Shown here piece by piece: positions 39,164 through 53,346 of a stretch of DNA of 64,000 bases. The DNA comes from Bigelowiella natans CCMP2755 (taxonomy: Eukaryota; Protista; Cercozoa): NCBI GenBank assembly GCA_000320545.1, contig ADNK01000870.1, forward strand, positions 1 to 64,000, given 5' to 3'. The stretch's first letter is position 1, and every line of letters starts with the position of its first letter. The position numbers were made by a program, and so were the translations under genes. Under the pieces are notes generated by a model. It saw nothing but the letters and a program-made list of their open reading frames with translations, ran no database searches and had not been told where the DNA came from.

Positions 39164-39620
39164 TCATGTACTACAAACCATTATCATTTGCAAATTACAC
39201 CACCTGAGGGAGAAGGGACTACTACTCTGTGCCATTGACGATGCTGCTGCTGCTGCTGTTTGCTTGGCTTCATAATGTGCTTTTGTACGATGCAGATGCG
39301 GGTTTTGTGTGGGAAAAGGAGAATGCGAGGAGGGTTTAGTTGCTTCGGCAGCTCCACTAACAGAAACAGCTCTCCGTTGTTTCTCATAATCACTATTATC
39401 ATGATCCATATTGGTGGCTGTGATGATGGCAGCGTCAGTGCTGTTCCTTCGTGTCGGCGACAAGGCATTGACGGCAGTAGCAGAAAGAGATGGCGACGAC
39501 AATAATGATTCATCACTGCGACCGAATCCGCCTCCTCCTCCTTTTCCTGCTGCTGGCAATACTGCCTCTCCTCCCGATGCTGCTGCTGCAGTAGTAGCCA
39601 CATCTATAATATCCTTGTCG

Positions 39621-39655
<35 letters not shown>

Positions 39656-42600
39656 ATGGAAAGAGGAGGAAATTGTTGCAGCAGGAGAGGGTGCTATACC
39701 CACCACTTCTTCCCCGCCCTCCTTCGCATCAAGATGCTGCTTCTGACGCTGTATGACAGGGGAGAACATAAGCGACGTTGACGTTGAGACGATATCGTTA
39801 TCGTCATCTTCCCCGCGTGCCATTGATGCTGGATTGGGTGCTGTCTGTTGGTGCTGTTGACGTTGGATGTGATCATGATGATGATGATGATGATGGCGAT
39901 TGCCATGACGACGTTTCTGAGCGGTGGTAGGTACCATCGTCATGTAGCTTCTATCGGCAACATCACCATTATCATCATCATCATCATCAGCATCATCATC
40001 ATCATGGAGAGATGGTTGCATTGTCACTCCTGCTGTTGTAACTGATGTTGGATCCGCTGCTGCGTTGGTGGATATGACGGTGGTATTCTGATGCTGCTTT
40101 TGTTTATTCAACGAGAAGAATGACAAGGTGAGGAGGAGGAAGAAGAGGAAGAGGAGAGGAACAGAGAGGAGGAAAACAACAAAATTATGACTAGGGGCGA
40201 GAATGTAATACACACATAATTAGAAAGAGAGAGAATGGTAGAGAAGAGGTAGAGAGAAGAAGCAGCTAGAGGATCAATATCATCAATACTAGTGCACCAT
40301 GAACATTAGGATCGCCGTACCATGTGATTATTGCGCTTAAGCACATGATCTTCACGTTCTTCTCTTTCTAGCATCATCTGTTGTTGTTGTTGTTGCTGCT
40401 GCTGCTGAAGACGGTGTTGATGCTGACTATCTGGATAAAGATGATCTTTAATTTCGCCGCCCCCCTGCCGCTGTTCGTGATGAGATGTTGAGATTGACGG
40501 TTGGGAGTTGTAACCTGTGTTGGTTGTTGTCGCTGTTACTATTATATTGTGAAGAAGATGAGGTGATGATGAAGATGAAGAAGAAACATCATCATGATAA
40601 GTTGCGTGTACATTCTACTCTTCATGTTACACCGTAGGAGAGTACCTAGATATTGTTGTTGCGGCTGCGGTGTTTGTATGCGGTTGCGCAACTTCTTCGA
40701 AATCGAGTGCAGGATAGATGCTGTCTCGAGATACCTTTTCGCCATATACACATAAATATTACTATTTTTTGCTATCATTGTCGAATCTAAATTGCAATAT
40801 ATTTTTTACAATGTTGGATCTATATATATATATTATAGATCCGGTTTTGAACATACGTCTCTCTGATGACTTCCGCGCTGCTCTCCTCATCTTGCTGCTG
40901 CTGCTGCTGCTGTTGCCTCTCTTGTCCACGGATCTTTTCCCAATAATTCTTCTCCAGAATCTGCATCCTCTTTGCATCACCGTCCTGTAGATACTCCAAC
41001 AAGTGCTAAGATATTAAATGAAAAAGGAATGAAGGAACAGTCACTAAAATAATGACGATGACTACGTAGTGATAATTATAACGATGATGTAGTTGTGGAG
41101 GCGGAGGCGGTGGTGGCTAGAAATGCACAAGGAGGTCTCTTGCATTTTCCAATGAGAAGGAAGAAAACTGCATTATTCGTGCAGTATAAATTCTTAGAAT
41201 TGTATATTTGGGCTGTTTCAATGATGTTGGTCGGTTGTCCACGTACTGTTAGCGTGAGTTCTGCCTTTCTCTTCTCTGAAATCGATGACAGTAATGGCGA
41301 TGATGCAGTATCTTGTTCTTCTCCTTCCCCACCCCCCTTCTTTTCGGAGCCCTTCTTATCGGATAATAAGCCGAGAGAATTCCTGCAAGGGAGGATCGAA
41401 AAACAATCTCAACTACAGAGAATGATTCTCTTAACAGAGATACACTATTGTGTTGATGTGAAATACTCGTATCATTTTATTGTGAAGTAGCAGCATCAGC
41501 ATGAAACAGCAGGAGATGTTTGACTCACCATGGTTCAGCATGCGAGCTGATGATATTGGATATTCTCATATCCTCTTGGTCAAGAACTCGTCTCTGTTTA
41601 CGATTGAAAATAAGATTGCATTTAAGTAAGCACGAGTGCTTTCTTGAGTCTCTTTCACTTATCAGCTAGCTACTGCTATTACTATACTACTACAACCACT
41701 ACCACTCCTAAAGCAGCTATTATTGATAAGTTCATTCACAAGCATATCATTACCGTAATTCGAAGTTGACGCTCTACTTCAAGATTTTCATCCTCTTCCT
41801 CATCATCGCCATGTTCCAATTTGCTGCTTCTGGTCTTACCACCACCACTGCTACTGCTGCTACTACTGTGCTTCGTGTCAGTGCTCGTAGTTTTGCTTTT
41901 CTTATGGTGGATGCTGCTAACGTTGCTAGTATTGCCTCCCATTCGTTTGGTACTGATACTGCCTCCCTGCCCCTCTGCTTTCCCAGTAGTGCCTCTGATA
42001 TGATATAATACAAAGATATCAGTTTTCTAAAAATGAGCTATAACGATGTATTATTGCAGTAACGCTTTCTGTCACACCATGCATACCATCGCTGCACTTT
42101 ATCTACATAATAATATTCCTTTTCGAATTACTGTGTGAACATTAAAAAAGAGATATGAAGTATGTATCGATGATGTTTCAGTTGTGTTGTAGCACTAACT
42201 CAGAATTTCCTCCGTCTTCGTCTTCATGCTGGCGCTTATTCTCTTTCACATCCCCCTCTGGACTTTTTTTCCTGTTCTTCTCATCGTCCTTGCCCATGAG
42301 ATGCTGGATACCAACTTCCTCCCTAATACATGATGGCAGGGTCATTGTCAACTAAAGACGTCGCAGAATATTTAGCAGAAAGAAAAAGGGTAACATGACG
42401 GAGTCAATATCACCAATACAGTAAGGCTACACATCGATTACATGCATACAAATATACATACATACATTTTCGCATCCGTCCAGTCCTTCAGGATCACAAA
42501 GCTCAAAGCATGCTGATATAATGCGTGGCAAAACAAGTAAGAAGTAAAGAGAGAAATGTTGTATTAGTACTGTTGGAAGAGGAAAATAAGGTCAATTAGG

Positions 42601-43933
42601 GAATATGTGGAAAATTCAATTATGCATCGTCCCTCTCCTTAACGACAAATTTCTCCATCCAACACAGATTTGTTGTCTTCTCTCTGTCCCACAACTATAG
42701 TCTTTATCACTGCCGAGAGTAATTTTTGTATCCATAGCAAATGATTGTCTACTTGGTTCTTGTCGTCCGTCTTCGTTGACTCCTCATGATCCTTCAAATA
42801 ACAAGCATTATAAGTGATGATACAAGGACAAGGCAGGTAATATAAAGGGCGACAAACCTTTCTCCTTCGTTCTAAGACTTTCATAAGTAGCTCATACTGA
42901 TATTCTACAAGTAGTGTGCATGTGTTGGAGTTACGATTTATTCAGTTAAAAATGATGCGTGATGTTAAAGGTTTAAGGGGAAAGCGAGACTGTAGTCACC
43001 CCTAAGTTTTTTCTTCATCGCTCCATCCTTCCATTCCAACAATTTCGAGAAAACTGAAAAGTTGTACTCGGTGATGTCGCAACGGAAAATGAGCTGCTTT
43101 AGGACGTCGAACAAGAAGTCCTGTTGGGTCTCCGCTTCTACTTTCGTTTGTGCAAGTAAATCCTATTTGTATTTCATTTGTCATCATACAAATTACTGCA
43201 AAGAGAATATCATTGGTTTGAATAATTTCCATAATATTCGGAAACCTTTGTAGTCTGGTCGCGGTGTAGCTTCTCATCTGCCGATTTATTCAAAGATAGT
43301 CACTGTGAAAACAAGATTTGTTGCATACAAATTTATCTCCTGACCATCAAGATTCCGCAGCGCATCTATACCCGCCTTCATTTCCCCAATAACTCCGAGT
43401 TTCAGCTTATCCTTGTATTTACTGCACGTATTGTGAAAGGAAATACGTTAATAAGTACGTCAGTTAATTCAATATAAGAGACTTCACCTGATTTCAGAGA
43501 AAATCCCCTGAGACACTGAATTCTGCCTGTGGGTGAGGATATATGAAAATGTAATGAATAAGAAGATGATGGCAACATGCTTTTGAAGAGCTGCGAGGAT
43601 ACTATTGATTTGACTTCAGTTTACTCACTGTTGGCCATCTTTCGTAGAATCCCCGCCTTCCGGAGTGTGCTTTATGTCTTTCCCGCCTCCGGATGTGCTT
43701 CCGGAGGATTCACGAAACTTTGTCAACCAATCACCTCCAGCTGTAAGGGTTTTAGATTTGCACAATCAATAAAAAAATTTATCTCAGGTGGTCTTCTTCA
43801 GGATTCATTCTCTCTCTTTCAGTTATTTCTGCCAAGGAAGTGAGAGCATACCACCAACAGCGATGACGAAGGCAATGGGTAGAACGATGTAGAGGAAGGC
43901 ATAGTAGCCAATTGCAGACACCACCGAACCCAT
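39164..43933 (-). CDS. Hypothetical multi-exon protein with N-terminal membrane anchor and long low-complexity C-terminal region; 3' end uncertain
   Basis: ATG 43933 MGSVVSAIGYYAFLYIVLPIAFVIAVG splices (phase 1) to AGGDWLTKF. A chain of minus-strand exons follows, including the 349-aa Q/H/D-rich ORF 39164-40213. No recognisable domain. Confidence 0.5.
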
Positions 43934-44943
43934 TATAGCAGGTTTTCTTTCTAGGTCTTGGCTCGAGCAGCAGATTCGAGGAGGTGGAGGGACATGATGA
44001 GGATGGTGGATTCCGTTGAGTAAATGATTTCTCCAGCCTACGCACCGACAGCATGTTATTAGGACAAAAAATGAGCATGTAATATCCTGTGAAACTCTTA
44101 CATCCAGTAATGTTTCCCAAACTTTCCCCCATGAAAAGAATCTCAACATTTTTTGTAGACCACATTAGGTAGATGTTATTGGGAATTATGATGTGTCTCC
44201 AAAAAACTTAATAAAACTGTTGCAATTATTGTTGCACTGATTAATTTAGTTGTTGGAGTCGGCATTCTTGCCCCGCTTGCGTTCGAGCCTCTCACTTTCC
44301 GCCGTGGTCTTGCTGTTTGGGGAGGGGGAACTCAGAATTGCATGATGATCATGCAGTTACTGCATTCAAGCAACACTCACTAGATTTGGGAGGTCCACAA
44401 CGGGTGCACGATCACGCTGGACGACGAGGCTGTGCGACTGGCGGCAGGAAAGTCGCACAGCTAGACAGGCGTGCTAGCGTGCAAGCGTGACTTTGCAAGC
44501 ACGTCACACCGCAGTTCAAATTGACGTGCAGTGCATTTGCCACACTCCGGGCAATCATTGCCACACATGTGTGGATGCAATGTGAGCACTCATTGTGGCT
44601 GTGGAACGTTTGTGAACACCATGCTTGCATGCACGCACTAGCGCACGTGAAGCAGCACTGCTAGACTGAAGTGGTGCACGGAGCGCGCGCACGCACGCAC
44701 GCATCGCATGTCAGACGTGTGATCGATTTGTGTTCACAGTGGTGCGATGTGTGTGCCATGCATTCAAGTTTCTCAGAGTCTGCCATTCCAATTCACATGG
44801 CACGCGTTGGAAGCATATCACAAATTGCAACACTGTTAGCTCATGCGATGCATGCCAGCATGCCAGCATGTTGATGTCTCTAGATCGCATACTCAATGAT
44901 GATTACTTGAGTAATGTTGTCGTTGAATGATGGTGCACGTTAA

Positions 44944-45838
44944 CTAATGGACAATGTTGTCATTCACAACAGTTTTAGTTGTTTCATTGAACGATTTGTT
45001 CTGAAACTTCTTCACAGGAGATTGAACCTTGTTGTAGATTGAAAGTGACTTGAGGTAAGTGGAAGGATCGCATCTTCTATTTTCAGCTGCCTTTTCATCA
45101 TCTTCATCCCTGCCATAGAGAGTCATTCGCACTGTATACGTTCCTGGAATTGCCCACTTGGACATATCACAAAAATCGCAATGAAACTCGGTGCCCAAAT
45201 AAGTATTATCGTCGACTGGCCGTTCTTTCATGAATTGAATTTCCTTCACCTAAGAAGAATGGGACAATTTCTCACACTCTACATTTCGGGCACACAAATT
45301 AGCAGAATAGGATTGATGTTAATGAATTGTTTTTATGTCCTGTCATCTCGTTCTTCCCCAATACTTATCGCCGAGAAGTATGCGAGTGCACACCTTTGGG
45401 TTCCCCGATTTAATTAGATTCTGAAGAAGCTGTTTGAAATCCAATCTCTGAGACTTCAAAGACTTTAGCAAACCGTGAAGTAAAAGCGGATACTGTGAGA
45501 CCTGCTTCCTTAAAGTGTCATTCCATGCGACAACTACTACCGTGGCGCTATGCGACTTGCAAGTCACGGTAAAATCATATTTATGTTTTTTTTGTGCGGG
45601 TGTCTTGAAAAAAGCTTCTGGGGCCAGAATATCTGTTTTAAGAGACTGAAGAGTAAGCTTTTTGCACACGGGGTCTTTATAGTGCTTAAATCCGCCACCG
45701 TTAAGAGGTATAGAAGCGGTTTTTACGGTATCCACGCGTTTCGACGAACTTACCTTTTAGGTTACGAAAAATAATGATTTAATATGCTTCGTACTGATTC
45801 TGTAATTTGGTGCCGAAGAGGAAAAATATCATATATAA

Positions 45839-45887
<49 letters not shown>

Positions 45888-48242
45888 TCCTGGTGCTGGT
45901 GTATGTTAAGGCATGTATCGAAATATGGCCGTCTATGAGGTGATATTTTGCTACTTTAGTGTACATCAGAATATAATAATGACACATTTTCGCTCCCAAT
46001 AGATAGAACAGGTGTTTCCTGCCCATGGGAGAATTATGCCTCTCGCTCTCCATTAGTATGTTTCACCTCTCCCTCAATGATGAAACCACTGAAGACCGCG
46101 TCATCGTTCTCTATGAAAATGGTCTCTCCCCTATTAAACTTCCATATCTAGACATAGGCAGGTAGGAACCAGTAATGAATTAGCTAACAATTCTAACATT
46201 TGCTTGGATGTGTTGATGCCATTGAATCATAATCGTAGTTTGACAAAATATCTAAACAGACATATTTTGCTCAGTTTCGATCACACTCTCCGAATCAGAA
46301 TCATCTTATTATTGCAGAACCTGTGTAAATCCTGCCAAGAAACGCAACGTTCTGAGTTTTATATCCTCGAAGCCCCTGACACGTTTGAGGTTCTCCGCGA
46401 ACGCTTTCTGTTGCCTGCTTTCTGTGTTCGTTGGAGGAACACAGGAAAGAGAGAATCAGTCTGTATGCGTTTATTACTCTATCTGGACCAGAAACATTGT
46501 TGAAGAAAGTTTAGTAGTGATCATTAGAAGTCCACCAGTTACTAAGCGCTTTTTCTCGAGTTTGTTTATGTTGATAGAGATTAAGCAGCAGTCTGATATG
46601 ATCCGTATTGAAAGATTTGGTTAGGGGGATGTGTAGAAGTGCGTGCGTGCGTGTGTGTGTGTGTGTTTCTCCTTCGAAGGGTTAGCGATGGCAGGAGGGT
46701 GTAAGTATGTTAATCATACAGATCTCCAGTATGTTACCTGACATTGCTATAACATGATGCTTCCGCAAGGGGTTTTCCTTCGCGATGGATACGCTGAACC
46801 CTTGGGCGCATTGATTAAAGGGCAGAGAGCTGTAGTTATCCACTCCAAATGCGTCTCCCACCTGCAGTACGTGAACGTACATTGCGTCGTTTCCGCGGAG
46901 ATAATCGGGTGAGAGCGTCTTCAAAATCGCTTGCGAGACACCAGATTTCCATTCTGCTGTCCTATATAATATGACACGCCCAAGCACAGGATACATAGCT
47001 ATGTGTACATTGTCAGGATTAATATCACACATAGTCTCATGCGATTCCAACGGTTATAGAGAAATTAACAAAACGCAATAAATTCTATTACAACACAGGA
47101 GGAAAACAATGAAAGGAATTTATCAATATCTAAGATACCAGTGGCGAGGATAAATGTCTTCGGAACAAACTGGTTCGCAGTGTATCTTTCCGAAGCGATT
47201 CTGCATGCGAAAGCACGGCACAAGTGGTCTTTTGCGGTCAATTAGTAGGAGAGTGCCCGAATAAATTATGAAGAAATCTTCTACCGCGTCTCCAGGCTGA
47301 GGTATATAATAGAAATTTTAAGAAGGTGAAGAAGAAGAATTAGGCAAATTAATTTCTTATAATTTTTCAACCTTGTAGATCGTACTTCCTGCTTTAGCCT
47401 CCCTTACCATGCCAAGCTTGGCTACAATTGTCTGCATACGCTTTCCGAGCTTAGTGAAGTAAAAACGGAGTTTAAGGAGCATATTTTGAATGTCTATCGT
47501 CTCCATGGATGTGCGTTCACTAGGGGGTTTCTGCAGTATTTTCTTATTAAGATTTAATGCATTGATGTCATGAAAATCGCCACGTTTACTGAGCCACGAG
47601 GGCACTACACTATCCACCGACGGGAGGTATGATGAAGAAGACGATGATGGCGAAGATTGTGGTATTTTTCGTTTCTCTAATGATACATAATGGCGACGGG
47701 GACTTCTCATATGCAGGAAGTCGACGGAGCGTGATACCCTCATATGTCTGTGTTTTTTGGTATTTGCTCTTGTCGATGACTTGAGAACTCGTTCAGTAAG
47801 GCCGGTGGTTCTATTTGCGAATCTATGGTTTATGATATCGAGGGTATCCTGGGTCTTTCTTTTGTTCCTGTCGTAACTAAATGCATGGGTGCGTCGAGAG
47901 GGCAAGAGAGCCGCAGCCACTTTGTGGGTGAAAGCAGAGCTGGTAGCCGCTTTTTTGAGCGCTGGGCAGCTTGAGCTATGCATCAGATGCTTTCGTAGTT
48001 GGTATGCGCTCTTATTCTTCTTCAATACGATATTGGGGGGAGAAACCGAGGCCCGAGCGGCAGCGCGCATCTTCCTTCGTGCGTATTGAAATTCATTTTG
48101 ACGTACTAGCAAGCTGTTTGGGTCCTCTGCATATATAGGAATACATCAGTTCTTTCGGTTGCACTTCTACCTTTTCACATCATTTCGTACCTTTTAATGG
48201 TGTGTAAGGATGAGGGCGATTCACTTCCGATGATCCCAACAT
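44944..48242 (-). CDS. Cyclic-nucleotide-binding (cNMP) domain protein, multi-exon
   Basis: LQKPPSERTSME...FTKL...AGSTIYKPGDAVEDFFIIYSG...LQVGDAFG, plus a second copy KFNRGETIFIENDDAVFSGFIIEGEV. First exon MLGSSEV joins EDPNSLLVRQ in phase. Confidence 0.7.
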
Positions 48243-48703
48243 TGCCCCCTCAAATATACTAGGGGCGTGATGAAGGGGCGAAACGAAGAATGGGATGAGC
48301 GACTTGGGAAAGCAACTTACGGTTATGTAGGCTCAAATTTATGTTCCAAAGATATCCGTTTTCCTAGATGTACAAATGTACTTAGTCTTAGTTTGGTTTG
48401 TCGCAGATACTAAATTCCATGTCTTTCTCTCTCAAATTGGGGGCGAGCTTCGACATCTTTTTGTGCTAGAAACTACTACTAAAGTACAATCCAATTTGTA
48501 AATTGTGAATTTTTGGCATTTCTTCATTGCGACATGGGATAAGAGTGTCGCTTGTGCACGAATATCCGATGTATCGTGCATATTCTTTCTCCTAACAAAA
48601 ACTACTGAGCACTGCCCAGGATACCTCGGATACGAGAGATTGAGGATTCGGAACAGTCTTTGCAAGGAGGGGGGAGGAGGAGTTGGAATCGTTCAACCAG
48701 GGA
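48243..48703. promoter_or_regulatory. Putative bidirectional promoter between the cNMP and NSRP1-like genes
   Basis: About 460-bp spacer between divergent inferred start codons. Confidence 0.4.
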
Positions 48704-49488
48704 ATGGAACCTAGCGATGGTTTATGAGAACTATGATGAACAAAAGCCAACGTATTTCACCTTCTAACTTTATACTTAGGGGCTGCTATATCTACTACCG
48801 CATCAGTTTTAAGTGTGGCCATCATGATGATAACTGTAGTTATCAAACATGATCCCGCAATAGCGAACAATATTGGACGCTTTGGGCCATCACGAATGGG
48901 AATTTTGTTGCGTGGCGGTGCAAACGGTAACGTATATCTATTATTTATGTGAGAGAAGAAAGAGACAGAGAGCACAGAACGAGATCAGGATAACGGTAAC
49001 ACTAATGTCATTGTCATTTTAATTCTTGCTGATGGCGCAAAATTGACAGAAGCGTTAGCAGCATCCGGTCGAGGGCCTGTGGCTTTGGAAGGGTTATCAA
49101 ATTCATTTTTGAAGGAGGTAATTTCAAGTTACCACCAGCGCCACCACCACCAGCATCATAATCGCACTTATTACTATACTACTACATATTCAAATGTATT
49201 AGGCAATTGATCATCATCACACTTTTTACTATACTACTACATACTCAAATGTATCAGGCAATTGAAGAAGATCCTGATATATTGGACTATGATAAATATT
49301 TGGAAAAGAGAGATAGCCAATTTCTACATAATGACTCACCAGCAGCAGGAGCAGCTGGTGCCAGTAGTAGTAGTAGTAAGAAGGATGTTCAACATACATC
49401 TTCTCAAGGCCATACAACTCAAAGTAGTAGTAGTAGTAGTAATAGTAGTACACATCGTCTGCATACCAAGAGCATTCAAACGGATATT

Positions 49489-49561
<73 letters not shown>

Positions 49562-49769
49562 GGGGGGGGGGGGGGGGACTTCTATTTCTTTAAGCATGCA
49601 ACTTTTCGAATTGTCTTTTGGTACGTGATGATAATGAGTGCCTCTCCTTCCTCGGTCTTTGCCTCGAATGTGAATAGGACGGTCCAAGTACATGGAAACT
49701 GCCGCTATTTGGGCACGACATCGCCAATTGGAGTGAGTAGTCAGATCATATCATCGATAACCCTTTATA

Positions 49770-49822
<53 letters not shown>

Positions 49823-51575
49823 AATAAGGATGCATGGTGGCATTGCTCTCGATACGTATTCTGCTGCTTGTAGGAGAGGTGACGCACAGAGAGTCGAAAA
49901 CCGTCACCATTGTCTGAATCAAAGTAGAATACTACATTATCCACAAATCGTTGCTTCTGATTGAACAATTTGCATTATGATGAGTTTGAATGATACTTGC
50001 CTACTACTACTACTACTACTACTACTACTGCCTTTGTTAATTACTACCCCGCCATTCGTATTATGATAGGAACCGAATTCGTGATAGCATGATGGCGCGT
50101 GACAACCCTGCAGTTGGTATGTTATGCTAGGAGCAGCACCAGTAGCAGTAGCAGTAGCAGTCTTTTTGAAAGATAAAAATATGATTTTTCCTTCCTTCTT
50201 AGGTCCCGAAAGGAAACGATACGTTAGTAGAGCATATACCAAGGTTGCTGCACCGAACCCATTGTCCCGTAAAAAAGTCTTACCTTACACCTTTACTTGT
50301 ACACTGTACATCAATGCGTATGGTGCGCTCACTAAGACGTAATCGCCGCATTGTGGTGGTAATAGCATTTGAAGGAAATGGACGATGCAATGACTGAAAT
50401 GAAGAGAACCCAAGGCAAGGTATGCTATCACAGCACCCCACGATAACAGCCATAAGCTGTGTCAGTGTTTGAGTTGACTTTTCACTTTTTCGCTTCCTTG
50501 ATAATACCATCTGTGCTGCTGCCTACTGTGGCGTTGAAGGAGTTTGCGGATTTCGGAAGAATGATGCGGAATAGCAAGTTTGGTAGAATGGCAAGACTGC
50601 AATCTGGTCTCTTACTATCACAATGATGATAATAATATTAATAATGATAATAATAAGATTTAAAACAACTACACGCACATGCTACCGCAGATGCTACTAC
50701 CACCGCTACTACTGAAACTGTTCAAAAACCCATCATCATGGCAATCAAGTCATCTGCTTTATTTCTGCTATTTTTGCTGACTGACCTTATTTCCTAATCT
50801 CCTCCTCCCCCCCCACTCTCTCCTCCCGCAATGTTGTTTCTTCAGGGATAAATGATATTACATCCAAAGATGCCCAAAGAGCTCTGCAAGGGCCTTCCTA
50901 TGATATGCTGGTAGTGTATTGAGGACAATATATATAATATAGCGATGAATCATATCAACTGGAACAGACTTCTACTTTATTCGATATTTTTTAAATATTT
51001 ATTATCATTCTTATAGGAGGGGCAGTACACATCCTGAAGTAAATATATATATATATATGATCCTCAAATCGTCCTTGGTGTTGATGATTTATTGTGGTAA
51101 AAATGCTATTATTCTTAGAACACTCCAATGAGCTCATTTCCGGGAGGAATCGAGGTAATTTCGACAACCTCCTCCTCCCCCCCCCCTCCTCCTCCTCCTC
51201 CTTTTTTCCGGCAGGTAGGTGTATTGTGTAATAATTATGATTTGCCACCAAGGTTACCAATCCAGACGATTCAAGTGCTGACAACAAAGAGAAAGAAGAA
51301 AAAGAAGAAGAAGATGGAGGGAACAAGATGGAGGGAAAAGCTGGTGTATCATCAAACTACACAGCTACTTGTTCTAGGTACTACTACTACTACATGAGTC
51401 ATTCTATCCTAATTAACATCAGCATTTAGTATTGACGAGCTTATTGATGATTCTCTTCCATGAATAACCCTCTTTCATCACCACCCCATGATTAGCACGT
51501 TGTATTCGAAACTTCTTCTTTTTCTTCTTCTTCGTGTTCACCGTAATAATGATAATAATGATAATAATGATGATG

Positions 51576-51606
<31 letters not shown>

Positions 51607-53346
51607 AGTGGCGATACGCCTGACACCGAAGATTATCCTAAGCGGGTAGGAGCGCCGAGACGATGGATCAATTGGAACCCGTAATCGTGATGATGATGAT
51701 GATGATGATATTTAGGCGGCAAATCACGTCACGCTAATCATTTTATTTCCTTTTTTGGTCCTAACTGAATATATCTGCCGTTTCAGCGCCCATTCGTATT
51801 GTACGTATCATCGAGGACCACACAGCTTATCTTGCGGTGTTATAATGAAAACAGAAATCGGAAAGATTACGTAGAAAACATCGGGGAAGGAGGGCCTAAA
51901 ACGCTTGAGGATCTCCTCCAGTAATAACTGCCTGTGTTTGAATAGATCGATGGTTATGGCAGTGGGGTTGAGCAACGCTCATGATGCCTCTTAACATGCA
52001 ACACTACCGTCGATAGACAGCGCCACAGCTAACACAAACTTGCTGTATTGTTGTTGATGATGATGAAAAGGTATGATCAAAGCTACAAGGTGGAGGAAGA
52101 TAAGATGGAGAGACGACGTAATGATTATGATAGTAGTTTGCTTTATGTCTGCATTGATATCTAGATACTGACAAATTGCCTCCTCACTGCTGCTGTACTC
52201 TCTTCAAAAGTTGCGATGATTATTCGATAAGCTATCTTATCCACGCATCATACCCTCTATATTTGCATCTTCATCAGGTATCATGAGAAAGTCAAAGCGA
52301 GATCAGCTTAAGGCAGAAATGGTAGAATTATTGACCATAATCACATCAGTTGTATGTGTCAAGTTTCACATCTATAGGAGAAAGAATTGGGGGGGTTGAC
52401 ATGCATGATCAGTGTACCATATCTCATGATAAGAATCTAATAAGCATAATTGCGACCACAAGGTCGGTGAACAAGCAGCCAAGCGAGAAGAACAACGATT
52501 CATCGAAAAATTCGGGGAAAACAAAAGTAAGTTGTCATTGTCATGGTCCCCTCGTTATTCATCACATTCCAATCGATGCATATGATGGTGCTGCAAGTTT
52601 GTTTATATGACGTTCTCTCCGCCTTAAAATCCTTACAGTGGGCAATGAAACCAAATTCAATGAGATGCTGGAAGATATCCACAGGAGAGCGAGGCCGGTA
52701 AAAGAACTTTGACGATGATGATGATGATTAGAGCAATGTTGGATGCCGATGGTGACGATGATTGAATCACATTAATTCTCGCATGAGAAGACTTCTTCAT
52801 TTTGCGACGCTTTTCTTCAGTGATTGCTCCTACTCTAATGTGTTGAACGTGAAGGGAGTTGACGAGTTCTTACTACTACTACTACTACTCTGTGATGCCA
52901 GGTTGTTAGTATGGAAGAAATAGAGGCCATTCGAAAGGGTTCAGGTGTTTTGGAAGCAAAGCACAAAAAAGAGGTCGGTCGGTCTTACCACATCATAGAA
53001 TGGTACCATTATCTTCTGGCTTTGCCAACTTCTCAGCAGCAACTAATGATGCTTCAGTTGTGATACTATCGAGATCTTGTATAGAAACAGAAATTTGGAG
53101 CGTTGTGTGTCCACAAGAGGGCATGGCAATATGTCATCGTAATCATACGTGCTGTCCCATCCGATCCTTTGTCTGTTTTTGATTTGTGCACAGAAACTGG
53201 TGTCGGGCAAACGGAAGAAGGTGAGAAGCATCGCTGAAGTTAGAGCGGAGAATGAAGCTATCCAGAGCGCCAAAAGAGAGGAATGGCGCAGAAAACGAGC
53301 AATGAGGCGTGCGAGGGAGGAGGCTCATCGCATAGCAAACATATGA
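48704..53346 (+). CDS. NSRP1/CCDC55 (DUF2040)-like coiled-coil protein with N-terminal signal-like segment and LRGG motif, multi-exon
   Basis: AIEEDPDILDYD, RSKYMET, KRYVSRAYTK and terminal EAIQSAKREEWRRKR resemble NSRP1 conserved blocks. Leader SVLSVAIMMITVVI...GILLRGGAN. Confidence 0.6.

Noticed and set aside
44255-44300. GTTCGAGCC B-box-like motif suggesting a tRNA or SINE
   Set aside because: No cloverleaf, A-box or acceptor stem could be built around it.
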